Source: an uncultured Eubacteriales bacterium
GTDB lineage: Bacteria > Acidobacteriota > Aminicenantia > Aminicenantales > UBA4085
DNA length: 64,000 nt
Direction: 5' to 3'
Assembly (NCBI GenBank): GCA_964557435.1
Contig: CAZLAM010000018.1
Span: 23,021-87,020, forward strand
Shown: piece after piece, positions 34,688 through 44,005 of the stretch
Position numbering within the stretch: position 1 is the first letter of the stretch
Layout of the letters: the number at the start of each line of letters is the position of its first letter
Translations under genes and position numbers: made by a program
Notes under the pieces: model-generated
Told to the model about the DNA's origin: nothing
The model's database searches: none
Seen by the model: the letters and a program-made list of their open reading frames with translations, nothing else

Positions 34688-36913
34688 ATGGCCGGACCCG
34701 GGATTCGGACGCTGAAATCTCTGGGGGCGATCCTGCCGCTTACGCTTTGCTTCGCGGCGATGTCTGGAGGTCCGTCGTCCGCCGCGTTCTACGTTTCGGC
34801 CGCCGGCAACGACCTCAATCCCGGCACGAAGTCGGCCCCCTTCGCCACGCTGGGACGGGCCCAGCAGGCCTTGAGGACGAGGAAACAGCCGGCTCCGGGC
34901 CCGGCCGTCGTCGCGGTCCGCCAGGGCTCCTATTCCCTCGACCGGCCGTTGGTGTTTACTCCCGAAGATTCGGGTTCGGCGGCTTCTCCTGTCGTTTTTT
35001 CCGCCTACCCCGGCGAAAGCGTCACCATCAGCGGCGGCCGGGCCCTGGATGGCCGTTGGAGACCTTTCAAGGACGGAATCCTGATGTGCGACCTGCCTGC
35101 CGTCAAACGGGGGGAATTCCGTTTTTCCCAACTCTTCGTCAACGGCAAACGTCAGACGCCGGCCCGATTTCCGAACCGGGACGATTCGAAACCCGGGCGA
35201 AGCGGCTATATCAATCCGGCGGCCGGGATCCCGGCCGATATGCCTGACCCGCGGGCCGGGGCGAACGACGACATGACCTTTTCCGGGGGCGCCCCGCGGG
35301 GCATCCTCTTCGATCCCGCTTCGTTCACGGCCAAGCGGTGGGCCAGGCCGGAGGAGGCCGTCATCCACATTTTCCAGGGCTGGGAGTGGGGCAATCTCCA
35401 GTGGCGTCTCAAAGCCGTCGATTATGACAGGAAGGCCGTCTGGTTCGGCGAGGGAGGATTCCAGATGGGCGCCAAATGGTTCGAGGACCCGGCTAAGATC
35501 GAAAAGGAATCCCGCTTCTTCATCGAAAACGTCTTGGAGGAGCTCGATGCCCCGAGGGAATGGTACCTGGATGTTGGGGCCGGGGTCCTCTACTATAAGC
35601 CGGAGCCGGGAGTCGACATGGCCGGGGCGCGCGTCGAGGCTCCGCTGCTCCAGCAGCTCATCCGGTTCGAAGGGACGCAGGACGCACCGGTCCACCATAT
35701 CGCCATTGAAGGCTTCCGCCTGACGCAGACGGCCTCGACCTTCCTGGAGCCCTACGACGTTCCGTCCCTGAGCGACTGGGCCATCCACCGCGGCGGAACC
35801 GTGTTCCAGGAGGGAACCCGGGACTGCACGGTCAGGAACTGCTGGTTCGATGCCGTCGGCGGCAACGCCGTCTTCGTCAACAACTACAACCGGAACGCGA
35901 CCGTGACCGGATGCAAGTTCACGGAAACGGGCGACAGTGCAGTCTGTCTCGTCGGGACCCTGGGGACCACGAACGGCACCCGGCGCGCCTTCCCCTACGA
36001 ATGCGCGGTGTCCAACAACCTCATCCACGACGGCGGGGTCTTCGGCAAGCAGGTCGCGGGCGTCTACATCTCCCGGGCCAAGCGCATTACGGCCGCCCAC
36101 AACACCATCTTCAATATGCCCCGGGCGGGCATCTGCATCGGCGACGGCACTTGGGGGGGGCATGTGATTGAGTACAATCACATCTACGACACCGTCCGCG
36201 AAACCGGCGACCACGGACCGTTCAACGCCTGGGGGCGCGAACGGTTCTGGAGTCTGACCCAATCCCACTCCGACTACAGCCGGAGCCGGAGCCTCGAGGC
36301 CGGCGACGTCAAGATCGACGCCATGGAGCCGGTCATCTTAAGGAATAATTTCTTCGAGGACAGCTCGGGCTGGGGGCTGGACATGGACGACGGCGCCTCC
36401 AACTACGAAATCTACAACAATATATCCAAGGGCATCAGCATCAAGCTGCGCGAGGGGGCTTATCGGACCATCTATAACAATATCTGGGTCGACAGCAACG
36501 TCGCCCCTTGCTTCCATGTCGGGAACGAGGACAACCACGACCGCTATTTCCGGAACATCACGGTGATGGCCCGCGACGACGTCTATTCGATCATCGCCCC
36601 GCCGGCGCGGGGCTTATGGCTGGAAAAGATCGACAACAACTGCCTTTTCAGCAGGTCCGGGCGATTCACGGCCCGGATCAGCCAGATGCGCGGGGAGAAC
36701 GGGCCGGAACGCGGATCCCGCCGGGTCGACATCGAGGAATGGCGCAAGCTCGGGTTCGACCGGAATTCCGTCTTCGCCGATCCCCTGTTCGTCGACCCTG
36801 CCAAAAACGATTACCGGGTGCGGCCCGAGTCGCCCGCCCTCCGGCTCGGATTTAAAAATTTTGAAATGGGGCTCTGGGGGATCACCAAAGAATTCCCCCG
36901 GGAGCTTCGCTGA
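34688..36913 (+). CDS. Secreted right-handed parallel beta-helix repeat protein (pectate-lyase fold; GH141-like or lyase-like, family unassigned)
   Basis: Start set to ATG 34688 (GAAGGAGA RBS, signal peptide), not ORF-track 34472. N-cap AAFYVSAAGNDLNPGTKSAPFATLGRAQQAL. Repeated NN/xGxxI coil motifs. C-terminal DPLFVDPAKNDYRVRPESPALRLGF. Confidence 0.8.
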   Translation: MAGPGIRTLKSLGAILPLTLCFAAMSGGPSSAAFYVSAAGNDLNPGTKSAPFATLGRAQQALRTRKQPAPGPAVVAVRQGSYSLDRPLVFTPEDSGSAASPVVFSAYPGESVTISGGRALDGRWRPFKDGILMCDLPAVKRGEFRFSQLFVNGKRQTPARFPNRDDSKPGRSGYINPAAGIPADMPDPRAGANDDMTFSGGAPRGILFDPASFTAKRWARPEEAVIHIFQGWEWGNLQWRLKAVDYDRKAVWFGEGGFQMGAKWFEDPAKIEKESRFFIENVLEELDAPREWYLDVGAGVLYYKPEPGVDMAGARVEAPLLQQLIRFEGTQDAPVHHIAIEGFRLTQTASTFLEPYDVPSLSDWAIHRGGTVFQEGTRDCTVRNCWFDAVGGNAVFVNNYNRNATVTGCKFTETGDSAVCLVGTLGTTNGTRRAFPYECAVSNNLIHDGGVFGKQVAGVYISRAKRITAAHNTIFNMPRAGICIGDGTWGGHVIEYNHIYDTVRETGDHGPFNAWGRERFWSLTQSHSDYSRSRSLEAGDVKIDAMEPVILRNNFFEDSSGWGLDMDDGASNYEIYNNISKGISIKLREGAYRTIYNNIWVDSNVAPCFHVGNEDNHDRYFRNITVMARDDVYSIIAPPARGLWLEKIDNNCLFSRSGRFTARISQMRGENGPERGSRRVDIEEWRKLGFDRNSVFADPLFVDPAKNDYRVRPESPALRLGFKNFEMGLWGITKEFPRELR

Positions 36914-37020
36914 TCAGCGGCCTTCCTGTTTTTAGGACGTTCGGCCCGAATTGAGGGGACATTTCTCCCGCTTTTTTGTATAAATATGGAACATCCATTG
37001 TTCAGTTTCGAGGAGGCGTT

Positions 37021-38523
37021 ATGAGAAAAACGGGAATATTGATCGCTTCGCTCGTTATCCTGGTTTTTTTTCCAGGCGCAATGGCGTCTCCGGCCGCCGA
37101 AAGCCGGGGCGTCGAGCATGGGAAACGATATGACCGGATCATCATCCGCAACGTGACCGTCATCGACGGCAAGGGGACGCCGGCCCGCGGCCCGCTGGAC
37201 GTGATCGTCGCGGGGAACAAGATCGCGGCGGTCACGGGGGCGAACCTGCGCCCGGACGCCTATAGGAACGAGGCGCATGTCCTCGACGGCGCCGGGATGT
37301 ACCTCCTGCCCGGCCTGATCAACAGCCACGTCCATCTCCACGACGAGAGGGCCGGGATCGCCCAGCCTTTCGAATACGAATACAAAGTCTGGCTGTCCTG
37401 CGGCATCACCACGGTCCGCGACGTCGGCAGCGAGTATCCAAAGACCATCGAGGAGCGCCGCAAGAGCCGGGAGGGGACCGTCGTCGCTCCGCGCATCTTC
37501 CTCTACATGACCGCCGGCGGGCGGACGCCCGAAGAAGGTCGCAAAGCGGTCCAGGCCATCAAGAAGCAGGGCGGGGACGGGGTCAAGATCTTCGGGATGG
37601 ACCGCGACATCATGGCCGCGATCGCCGACGAAGCGACGAAGCTCGGCCTGAAAGTGGCCAGCCACATGGGGGTCGAGGAGACCGACGCTTGGGACCTCGC
37701 CGCATTCGGCGTGGACACGGTCGAGCATTGGTACGGCATCCCCGACGCCGCCCTCCACGGCTCGCAGAAGTTCCCGCCGGGCTATAACTACAACAACGAA
37801 AGCGACCGTTTCCGGTGGGCGGGCCGCTTGTGGCGGGAGGCCGATCCGGTCAAGCTGGACAAGGTCCTGGCCACGCTCATCGAGAAGAACGTCGCCTGGA
37901 TCCCGACCTTCAGTACGTACGAGGCCTGCCGGGACATGATGAGAGCGAGGAACCAGCCCTGGTTCAAGGACTACCTGCACCCGGCCCTGGAGGAGTATTT
38001 CAAGCCGAGCCCGGCCCGCCACGGCGCGTTCACCTGGGGTTGGTCGACCGAGGACGAGATCTATTGGAAGGAGAACTACCGGATCTGGATGAAAGCCGTC
38101 CGGGATTTCACGAACAAGGGCGGACTTGTCGGCGCTGCAGACGACGCCGGCTTCATCTACACGCTCTACGGATTTAGCTTCCTCAGCGAGCTCGAGCTGC
38201 TGCAGGAGGCCGGCTTCCACCCGATCGACGTCATCCAGTGCGCGACCGGGAACAACGCGAAGATCATGGGGATGGAGAACGAGCTGGGCCGGGTCCGGGA
38301 AGGATTCCTGGCCGACCTGATCCTCATCGATGAGAACCCTCTCCAGAACCTCAAGTACCTCTATCCGACGGGGGTCCTGGACATCAAGGACGGCCGGCAA
38401 GTCCAGCGCGGCGGCGTGAAGTGGACGGTCAAGGACGGGATCTTCTACGATTCACGGGTCCTGCTCGAGGACGTCGCCGATATGGTCAGCAAGGCGAGGG
38501 CGGAGCGGAAATCCGGGAATTGA
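37021..38523 (+). CDS. Secreted amidohydrolase-superfamily metallohydrolase
   Basis: Start ATG 37021 (GAGGAGG RBS, signal peptide), not ORF-track 36976. IIRNVTVIDGKG...LLPGLINSHVHLH (HxH metal motif). Confidence 0.8.
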   Translation: MRKTGILIASLVILVFFPGAMASPAAESRGVEHGKRYDRIIIRNVTVIDGKGTPARGPLDVIVAGNKIAAVTGANLRPDAYRNEAHVLDGAGMYLLPGLINSHVHLHDERAGIAQPFEYEYKVWLSCGITTVRDVGSEYPKTIEERRKSREGTVVAPRIFLYMTAGGRTPEEGRKAVQAIKKQGGDGVKIFGMDRDIMAAIADEATKLGLKVASHMGVEETDAWDLAAFGVDTVEHWYGIPDAALHGSQKFPPGYNYNNESDRFRWAGRLWREADPVKLDKVLATLIEKNVAWIPTFSTYEACRDMMRARNQPWFKDYLHPALEEYFKPSPARHGAFTWGWSTEDEIYWKENYRIWMKAVRDFTNKGGLVGAADDAGFIYTLYGFSFLSELELLQEAGFHPIDVIQCATGNNAKIMGMENELGRVREGFLADLILIDENPLQNLKYLYPTGVLDIKDGRQVQRGGVKWTVKDGIFYDSRVLLEDVADMVSKARAERKSGN

Positions 38524-38564
38524 CGAAGTCCAAGTGCCTCCCCGGCGACTGAGCGACGCTTTGC

Positions 38565-38586
38565 ATCCTAATTTATAAATTAGGAT
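38565..38586. terminator. AT-rich perfect 22-bp palindrome between convergent genes (weak bidirectional terminator or binding site)
   Basis: ATCCTAATTTATAAATTAGGAT is its own reverse complement. It is followed by TTTTG and lies between stop 38523 (+) and stop 38630 (-). Confidence 0.35.
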
Positions 38587-38629
38587 TTTGCGCCGCGAAT
38601 GTATCAATGATCCGGCCGGGAGCCCCGGT

Positions 38630-41110
38630 TTATTTCAGATCGATCTGGATCGTGACCTCCTGGTCCCGGGGAAGGGCGACCTTGCGGCTCGTCTCCTGTC
38701 CGGTTTCGGCGACCGAGGCCGGACCCGCCGTGACGGAGGCGGCCCGGATCGCGGCCGGCAGCTCGAGGATCACCAGCTGTTCCTTTCCGGACTTCAAGCG
38801 GACCTGGACCCGGTCCTTCTGCCAGCGGAGGCTCTTGATCTCGACCTGGCCGCGGCAGAGAACTCCCTCGATCGTTCCCGATGGCCATTCGTCCGGAAGG
38901 GCGGGCAGGAGGCGGATCTTCCCGGGCTCGGAGATCGCCAGCATCATGATGATCACGGCCGGCAGGCCCCCGCTGATATCGGTGTTGAAGAGCTCCTTGG
39001 AGTTATGGGTCGAGGCCAGGTTGTGGTACCAGAAGCGGTTGACGAGAGGAACGAGGCATTGGTAGGCGAGCTTCGCCTCGCCCAAGCTTGTCGCCGCCTG
39101 GCCCAATTGGACGAGCCCGAAGGACATGAAGGCGTCCTTCTTCAACGAGTTCGCCCAATGCCGTTCCAGCTTCAGCTCGATGGTCCGCTTGAAGGCGGCC
39201 CGGAACTTGGGATCGCGGGCGATCTCCTCCGGCATCCCGTCGAAGAGGGCGTACAGTTGGGAGGAGTGCCGGTGGTCGTAGTTGTCGGCGAGCTTGGGCG
39301 TCAGCCACTCCTTGACCGCCCCGTCCTCGTTGATCATGTACGCGGGCATCTTGGTCAGCATGTCCTGCCAGACCGCGACCTTCTCCGCCTTGACCCCAAG
39401 CTCCTTGGCTGCGGCGATGATGTTCCCGAGGAGCTCCTTGGCCGAGGCGACGTCCAAGGTCGCGTTCAGCGAGGCCTGGGACATGGAATTGCCCGGGCTG
39501 TTCTCCGGGGATTGACAGGGGTTGAAGACGTATCTCCCGTCCGGACCCAGGTAGAGGTAGTCCTCGAAGAAGAGGGCTGCTTTTTCCATGAATGGGAACG
39601 CGTGTTCGGCCAGGAACTTCCGGTCCCCCGTGTAGAGGTAATAGTCGTAGAAGAAATGGGCCGCCCAGGCGGCCCCGGCCACCCAAAATTCTCCCGGGAA
39701 GCCCGCGGCGAAGGAGTTGTTGTATCCATTCGTGGTCGAGCGGGAGGGGAGGATGATGCCCCGGGCCCCGAAGATCCGCTGGGCGTTGACCTCCAGATAG
39801 GGGACGAGGGTCTCCATGTAGGACGTGTAGGCCAGCATGAGCTCGGGCGTGTTCCCCATCAGAAGGCTGGCGATGGCCGAGGGCACGTTCCCGTTATGGG
39901 TGAAATCGCTCGACCAGGGGGGCGAGTAGGTCCCGGTCCAGACGCCCTGCAGGGTCGGGGGCAGGTCGCTCGTGCTGGAGATGATGTTGTAGCGGCCGGC
40001 GTCGAATTCCTTCTCGATGAGCGCCTTCGAGGGCTGGGCATCGTTCGTTTTGGCCAGCAATTCCTCGGACGTCGAACGGCGGTCCGCCCCGCCCCCGAGG
40101 TCCAGGCGCATCCGGCTGAACAGCTCGCCGTGGACCTTCCGGTGCTTCTGGAGGAGACCCGCGTAGTCGGCCGGCACGGCGGCCAGCTTTTTCTTCAACT
40201 CCTCCATCCGGGTCTCGTCCTTGTCGTTGGGCAGGGCGATATCGATCAGGACCAGGACCTGGTCGGCCCCGGTGACGGACAGGACGCTCCCCTCGAGGGT
40301 CGTCGTCCCGTTCGGAGCGATGATCCGGGCCACTCCCTCGCAGGCGAAGATGCTCCCGGGGTAGGCCCGGGCGAAGTTGCTCCGATAGGTCAAACCGGAG
40401 GGATCGGCCGTCGTTTTGTAGTCAGAGATGTCCTCCTTGAACCTCTTCTCCTCAGGACCCCGCGGCTGCAGCTCCAGCCGGCAGCTCACCGAGCCCCGGG
40501 CGGGTCCGGTGATCGACAGGACGGCGATGCCGTCGGTCCGGGAAACGAAGAGCCTGCGTTCGAACACGCCTCGGCTGTCGGCCCAATGCACGGTCGCCTC
40601 TCCGGAATCGAAGTTCACCGACCGGGCGTAATCCTTCACCTCCCCCTGGCCCTCCATCCGGATCCGCAGGTCGAAGGCCGGCATCAGCGGATTGGGATAG
40701 CGGAACCCCTTCTGCTCCGAGATGTCCGCGGCCAGCTGGCTCGCCTGACGGTAAAGGCCGCGCTCGATGAGCCCCCGGATCTCGAACAGCCGGGTCGCGA
40801 GAAGAGGAGGAAGGAAGGCGGGAAGCTCGGGCATGAATAGGCGCTTATGGCTGAATACGATCGTCTCGTCGAGCGGCCGGCTCATCACGCTGGCCCCGAT
40901 CGAGCCATTCCCGCTGAGGAGGCCTTGCTCCCAGGTCTTGGCCTCTTCCGAGCTGAGGAAGCCGCGTTCGGGAGCCGGCAGCCCTTTCGCCGCGGCCGCG
41001 GCCGCGGCCGGCGCGGACGACGGGACCGAGCCCGCCTTGGGATCGGCCGCCAAGCCCGCCGTCAAAGTAAGAACCAGCAGAAGAATGAGTGTCCGGATCG
41101 AATTCTTCAT
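38630..41110 (-). CDS. Divergent GH95-family-like glycoside hydrolase (paralogue 2)
   Basis: AGGAGAAAAG RBS and signal peptide. The block LQGVWTGTYSPPWSSDFTHNGNV aligns with the GH95 LQGIWN...W..[13 protein letters not shown] block of 10331-12787. Similar length and architecture. Confidence 0.75.
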   Translation of the reverse strand: MKNSIRTLILLLVLTLTAGLAADPKAGSVPSSAPAAAAAAAKGLPAPERGFLSSEEAKTWEQGLLSGNGSIGASVMSRPLDETIVFSHKRLFMPELPAFLPPLLATRLFEIRGLIERGLYRQASQLAADISEQKGFRYPNPLMPAFDLRIRMEGQGEVKDYARSVNFDSGEATVHWADSRGVFERRLFVSRTDGIAVLSITGPARGSVSCRLELQPRGPEEKRFKEDISDYKTTADPSGLTYRSNFARAYPGSIFACEGVARIIAPNGTTTLEGSVLSVTGADQVLVLIDIALPNDKDETRMEELKKKLAAVPADYAGLLQKHRKVHGELFSRMRLDLGGGADRRSTSEELLAKTNDAQPSKALIEKEFDAGRYNIISSTSDLPPTLQGVWTGTYSPPWSSDFTHNGNVPSAIASLLMGNTPELMLAYTSYMETLVPYLEVNAQRIFGARGIILPSRSTTNGYNNSFAAGFPGEFWVAGAAWAAHFFYDYYLYTGDRKFLAEHAFPFMEKAALFFEDYLYLGPDGRYVFNPCQSPENSPGNSMSQASLNATLDVASAKELLGNIIAAAKELGVKAEKVAVWQDMLTKMPAYMINEDGAVKEWLTPKLADNYDHRHSSQLYALFDGMPEEIARDPKFRAAFKRTIELKLERHWANSLKKDAFMSFGLVQLGQAATSLGEAKLAYQCLVPLVNRFWYHNLASTHNSKELFNTDISGGLPAVIIMMLAISEPGKIRLLPALPDEWPSGTIEGVLCRGQVEIKSLRWQKDRVQVRLKSGKEQLVILELPAAIRAASVTAGPASVAETGQETSRKVALPRDQEVTIQIDLK

Positions 41111-41269
41111 GTCTTTTCTCCTATTTCGGAGTCCTCAGCCGGCCGTCCAGGGCGTAGGCCCGGCCGGTTTCCGTCTTGAATTCCACGTTCATGGATAGGA
41201 ATTTGCTTTTCCCAGGACCCCACAAATTCCCGCTCCGACCTACGAACCCCTCAACTTATTCACATTCGT

Positions 41270-41299
41270 GATATACTTTCGACCGCTCGGCAATGTCAA
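41270..41299 (-). promoter_or_regulatory. Possible sigma70-like promoter for GH95-like paralogue 2
   Basis: On the minus strand: TTGACA (41299-41294), 18-nt spacer, TATATC (41275-41270), about 160 nt upstream of ATG 41110. Confidence 0.3.
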
Positions 41300-41525
41300 G
41301 GGCAACGAAAAATACGAAAATAGATCTCGAAAAGCATATTTGACCGAAAAATCTTCTCGCACCGGCTGAAAGATGATAGACTCCCGCGCCCTCCTGATCA
41401 TCAAATCCTAGAAATATTCCCCACTCTCCTCGGCCGCACTCCTGAACCGGGCCCTGTTCCTGAGTACAGACAAAACCGTCGCCTGTCCCCGAAGCGGGGT
41501 TTCGCTACTCCACGGACTCCCATCC

Positions 41526-41551
41526 ATTGAATCCCGCGAAGGGGATTCAAT
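41526..41551 (-). terminator. REP-like hairpin downstream of the CBM9-like gene
   Basis: ATTGAATCCC (41526-41535) and GGGATTCAAT (41542-41551) form a 10-bp stem with a 6-nt loop. The arm resembles the CCATTCGAATCCCC repeat family. No U-tract. Confidence 0.35.
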
Positions 41552-41559
41552 CGTCCCCG

Positions 41560-42327
41560 TCACTGGAACAACAAGATGCCGAAACACCAGGGGCGATGGA
41601 AATCAATTTTCTCGGTGGGGTTCCAGGCGTAATATTTCTGACGTCCCGGTTCCGGCGAATCGATCCGGTAGAGATTCATCCGCCAGGCGTCCCCCTTTCG
41701 AGGGGGGATGTGCGGGGCTCCGATCAGCCGGGAAAGCGGGATGGCGTATTCCACGGTCCACGATTTGGCCCCGCCGCTCTTGTCCAACTCCCCGTCGACA
41801 TGAACACGCGTTTCCAGGCCCTCGGGATGATAGTCCTTCAGCCCTGTGAACTTGAGCCCCGGGTCGGAAGGCGTCCGGGGATTGAGGATGCAAGCGTCGA
41901 AAACCACGTTTTTGGGGCTGACGTTGATTTCATAATATTGGTGAGGAACGCCGGCCGGATTCAGAAAGACTTCGACGCATTCCTCCGTATAGACATCGCT
42001 GTCGGGTTCCGTTTTCGTCCCCCAGACGAAATCGTCTTGGCAGACGAATCCGACGTATAAAGTCGTCGCGCTGTAGAGAAGGCGCACCTCGGTCGGACGA
42101 TCGGCCGCCTCTCCGGAATCCGCGAAAACGAGCCGAACGGCCGGCGCCGTTTTCCACAGCGGGTCGGACAGCCTCCCGTCCAAGGCGATCTCCCGCTCGA
42201 TTCGGGGACAGGCATAGACGGGGGGCCGGACCTCCCCTCCGGACGGGATTCCGGCCCAGAAAAAGAACGCCGCGAAAAACAACATCATCATGGACGAACA
42301 ATAACCCAAAATCGGGACGATCGCCAA
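41560..42327 (-). CDS. CBM9-like/DOMON-like carbohydrate-binding protein
   Basis: Hydrophobic N-terminus. Pattern IALDGRLSDPLWKTAP...LLYSATTLYVGFVCQD...EECVEVFLNP...YYEINVSP...WTVEYAIPL...WRMNLYRID is typical of CBM9-like proteins. The start is uncertain (TTG 42327 or ATG 42291). Confidence 0.7.
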   Translation of the reverse strand: MAIVPILGYCSSMMMLFFAAFFFWAGIPSGGEVRPPVYACPRIEREIALDGRLSDPLWKTAPAVRLVFADSGEAADRPTEVRLLYSATTLYVGFVCQDDFVWGTKTEPDSDVYTEECVEVFLNPAGVPHQYYEINVSPKNVVFDACILNPRTPSDPGLKFTGLKDYHPEGLETRVHVDGELDKSGGAKSWTVEYAIPLSRLIGAPHIPPRKGDAWRMNLYRIDSPEPGRQKYYAWNPTEKIDFHRPWCFGILLFQ

Positions 42328-42382
42328 GAGCCGAAGGGACCGGCATCGAAGCGGATCCCCGGTGATTTCCCGCGCGGCGCCG

Positions 42383-44005
42383 TCATTTTTTCCGGGGCGC
42401 GCTGCGGCCGTCTTTTTTGTATTTTTCCAGAAGCGCCGTCAGCCGGGCGACGATTTCGGGCCGTTTTTCCCATAGATCGCGGCCTTCGAGAGGATCGTCG
42501 GCCAGGTTATAAAGCTGGCCGGGCGATCCGGGAACCGGCGGTTTCCCGGCCGGTGCCATCCATCCACCCGAGGTTTTATTGTCGAGAATGAGCTTCCATT
42601 CGCCCTGGCGGATGGCGAACGTCCCGTTCTCCGAATGGGAAACGAGGGCCTCCCGGATCGGAGCCCGGCTCGCCGCACCCAGCAGAGCGGGCGAAATGTC
42701 GTAGCTGTCGGGGCCGGCCCCTTCGGGCAGACCCGCGCCGGTCAAGGCGGCGAACGTCGCCGGCAAATCGACCAGGCAGATCGGTTCGCCGCTCGTCCGG
42801 CCCGGTTTGATCCGCTCCGGCCACTGGGCGACGAAGGGAATCCGGTGTCCGCCTTCCCAGATCTGGGACTTGAGTCCGCGCAGGCCGCCCTCGGATTTGT
42901 GCCCGTGGGTCCCGGGATGGGGTCCATTGTCGCTGGTGAAGATCAACAGAGTGTTTTTGGTCGCGCCCAGCCGGTCCAGGGCTTTGATGATCTCGCCCGT
43001 GCACCAGTCGGCCAGCATGACCAGGTCACCGCGGGGGCCGTCCAGGCTCTTGCCCTTAACGAGGTCCGGCGGCAGCCAGGGCGTATGAGGCGCCGAGAGA
43101 CATAAGGACACGAAGAACGGTATGGCCGGAGATTCCCGGCGGCTCCGTTCCATGAACTCGACCGCTTTTTGCGTAAAATGAAGGTCGACGTCCTCGAGTT
43201 TGAAGCCCTCGGCAATCCAGCCCGGGCGAGGGCTTCCTTCTTCGCCCTTGGTCATATCGTAAAAATCGGAGACCTGCTTGTCGGGAATTCCGACGGTCCT
43301 GTCTTTGTCGATGAAGACGAAAGGACCGTCGATGGTCGAGCAGGCGGCGCTGAAATAGGCCTCGTCGAAACCATGGTCCACGGGACCTCCCCGAACGGAT
43401 TTGGAGAAATCGACATTCAGCCCGGTTTTGGGATCGGCGTCCTGCCAAGATCCCTTGACCAATTTTTCCGCGTCCTTCCAGGCGGGCGTAAATCCGTTCA
43501 TCCGTGTCCAGCCGAGGCCGAGATGCCATTTGCCGAAAAACCCCGTCGCGTATCCCCTTCCCTTGAGAAAGGAAGCCGTGGTGGTCCGGTCCGGTTCGAT
43601 GAGCGGAGGCGTATAGCCGCCGACGACACCCCGCTGCAGCCAAGTCCGCCAGGCATAGCGGCCGGTCAGAATGCCGTAGCGGGTCGGCGTGCACACGGCC
43701 GAGGGCGAATGGGCATCCGTGAAACGAACCCCCCGCGCCGCGATGCCGTTGACATTCGGCATGGGGATCTTCGACTCCGGATTGTTGCAGCCCGGGTCGC
43801 CGTAGCCGAGATCGTCGGCCAGAATGAGGACGATGTTCGGTCCCGCACCGCGACTCCGGCGGGCGCCGGTCCCCGGGGCGGCAGCCAGGACCGCCCCCCC
43901 CAGGACCAGGGTCTCCAGGAATTCCCTTCGCTTGATACGTTCGCGGCACCCAATCCCGGTTTTTAAATCGGGGGAAAAGCGCCGCTCAGTATTAACCCTG
44001 ATCAT
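42383..44005 (-). CDS. Tat-exported arylsulfatase (formylglycine-type, S1 family)
   Basis: Twin-arginine motif KRREFLETL. ILADDLGYGD. FGly motif C-T-P-T-R (SAVCTPTRYGILTGRY). The only ATG start (44005) lies inside a repeated 30-nt element. Confidence 0.85.
   Translation of the reverse strand: MIRVNTERRFSPDLKTGIGCRERIKRREFLETLVLGGAVLAAAPGTGARRSRGAGPNIVLILADDLGYGDPGCNNPESKIPMPNVNGIAARGVRFTDAHSPSAVCTPTRYGILTGRYAWRTWLQRGVVGGYTPPLIEPDRTTTASFLKGRGYATGFFGKWHLGLGWTRMNGFTPAWKDAEKLVKGSWQDADPKTGLNVDFSKSVRGGPVDHGFDEAYFSAACSTIDGPFVFIDKDRTVGIPDKQVSDFYDMTKGEEGSPRPGWIAEGFKLEDVDLHFTQKAVEFMERSRRESPAIPFFVSLCLSAPHTPWLPPDLVKGKSLDGPRGDLVMLADWCTGEIIKALDRLGATKNTLLIFTSDNGPHPGTHGHKSEGGLRGLKSQIWEGGHRIPFVAQWPERIKPGRTSGEPICLVDLPATFAALTGAGLPEGAGPDSYDISPALLGAASRAPIREALVSHSENGTFAIRQGEWKLILDNKTSGGWMAPAGKPPVPGSPGQLYNLADDPLEGRDLWEKRPEIVARLTALLEKYKKDGRSAPRKK
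43975..44005 (-). repeat. Repeat R2 (ATGATCAGGGTTAATACTGAGCGGCGCTTTT), copy at the arylsulfatase start
   Basis: 28/30 identity to 19448-19477 (+) and 26/28 identity to 63311-63338 (+). Confidence 0.8.
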
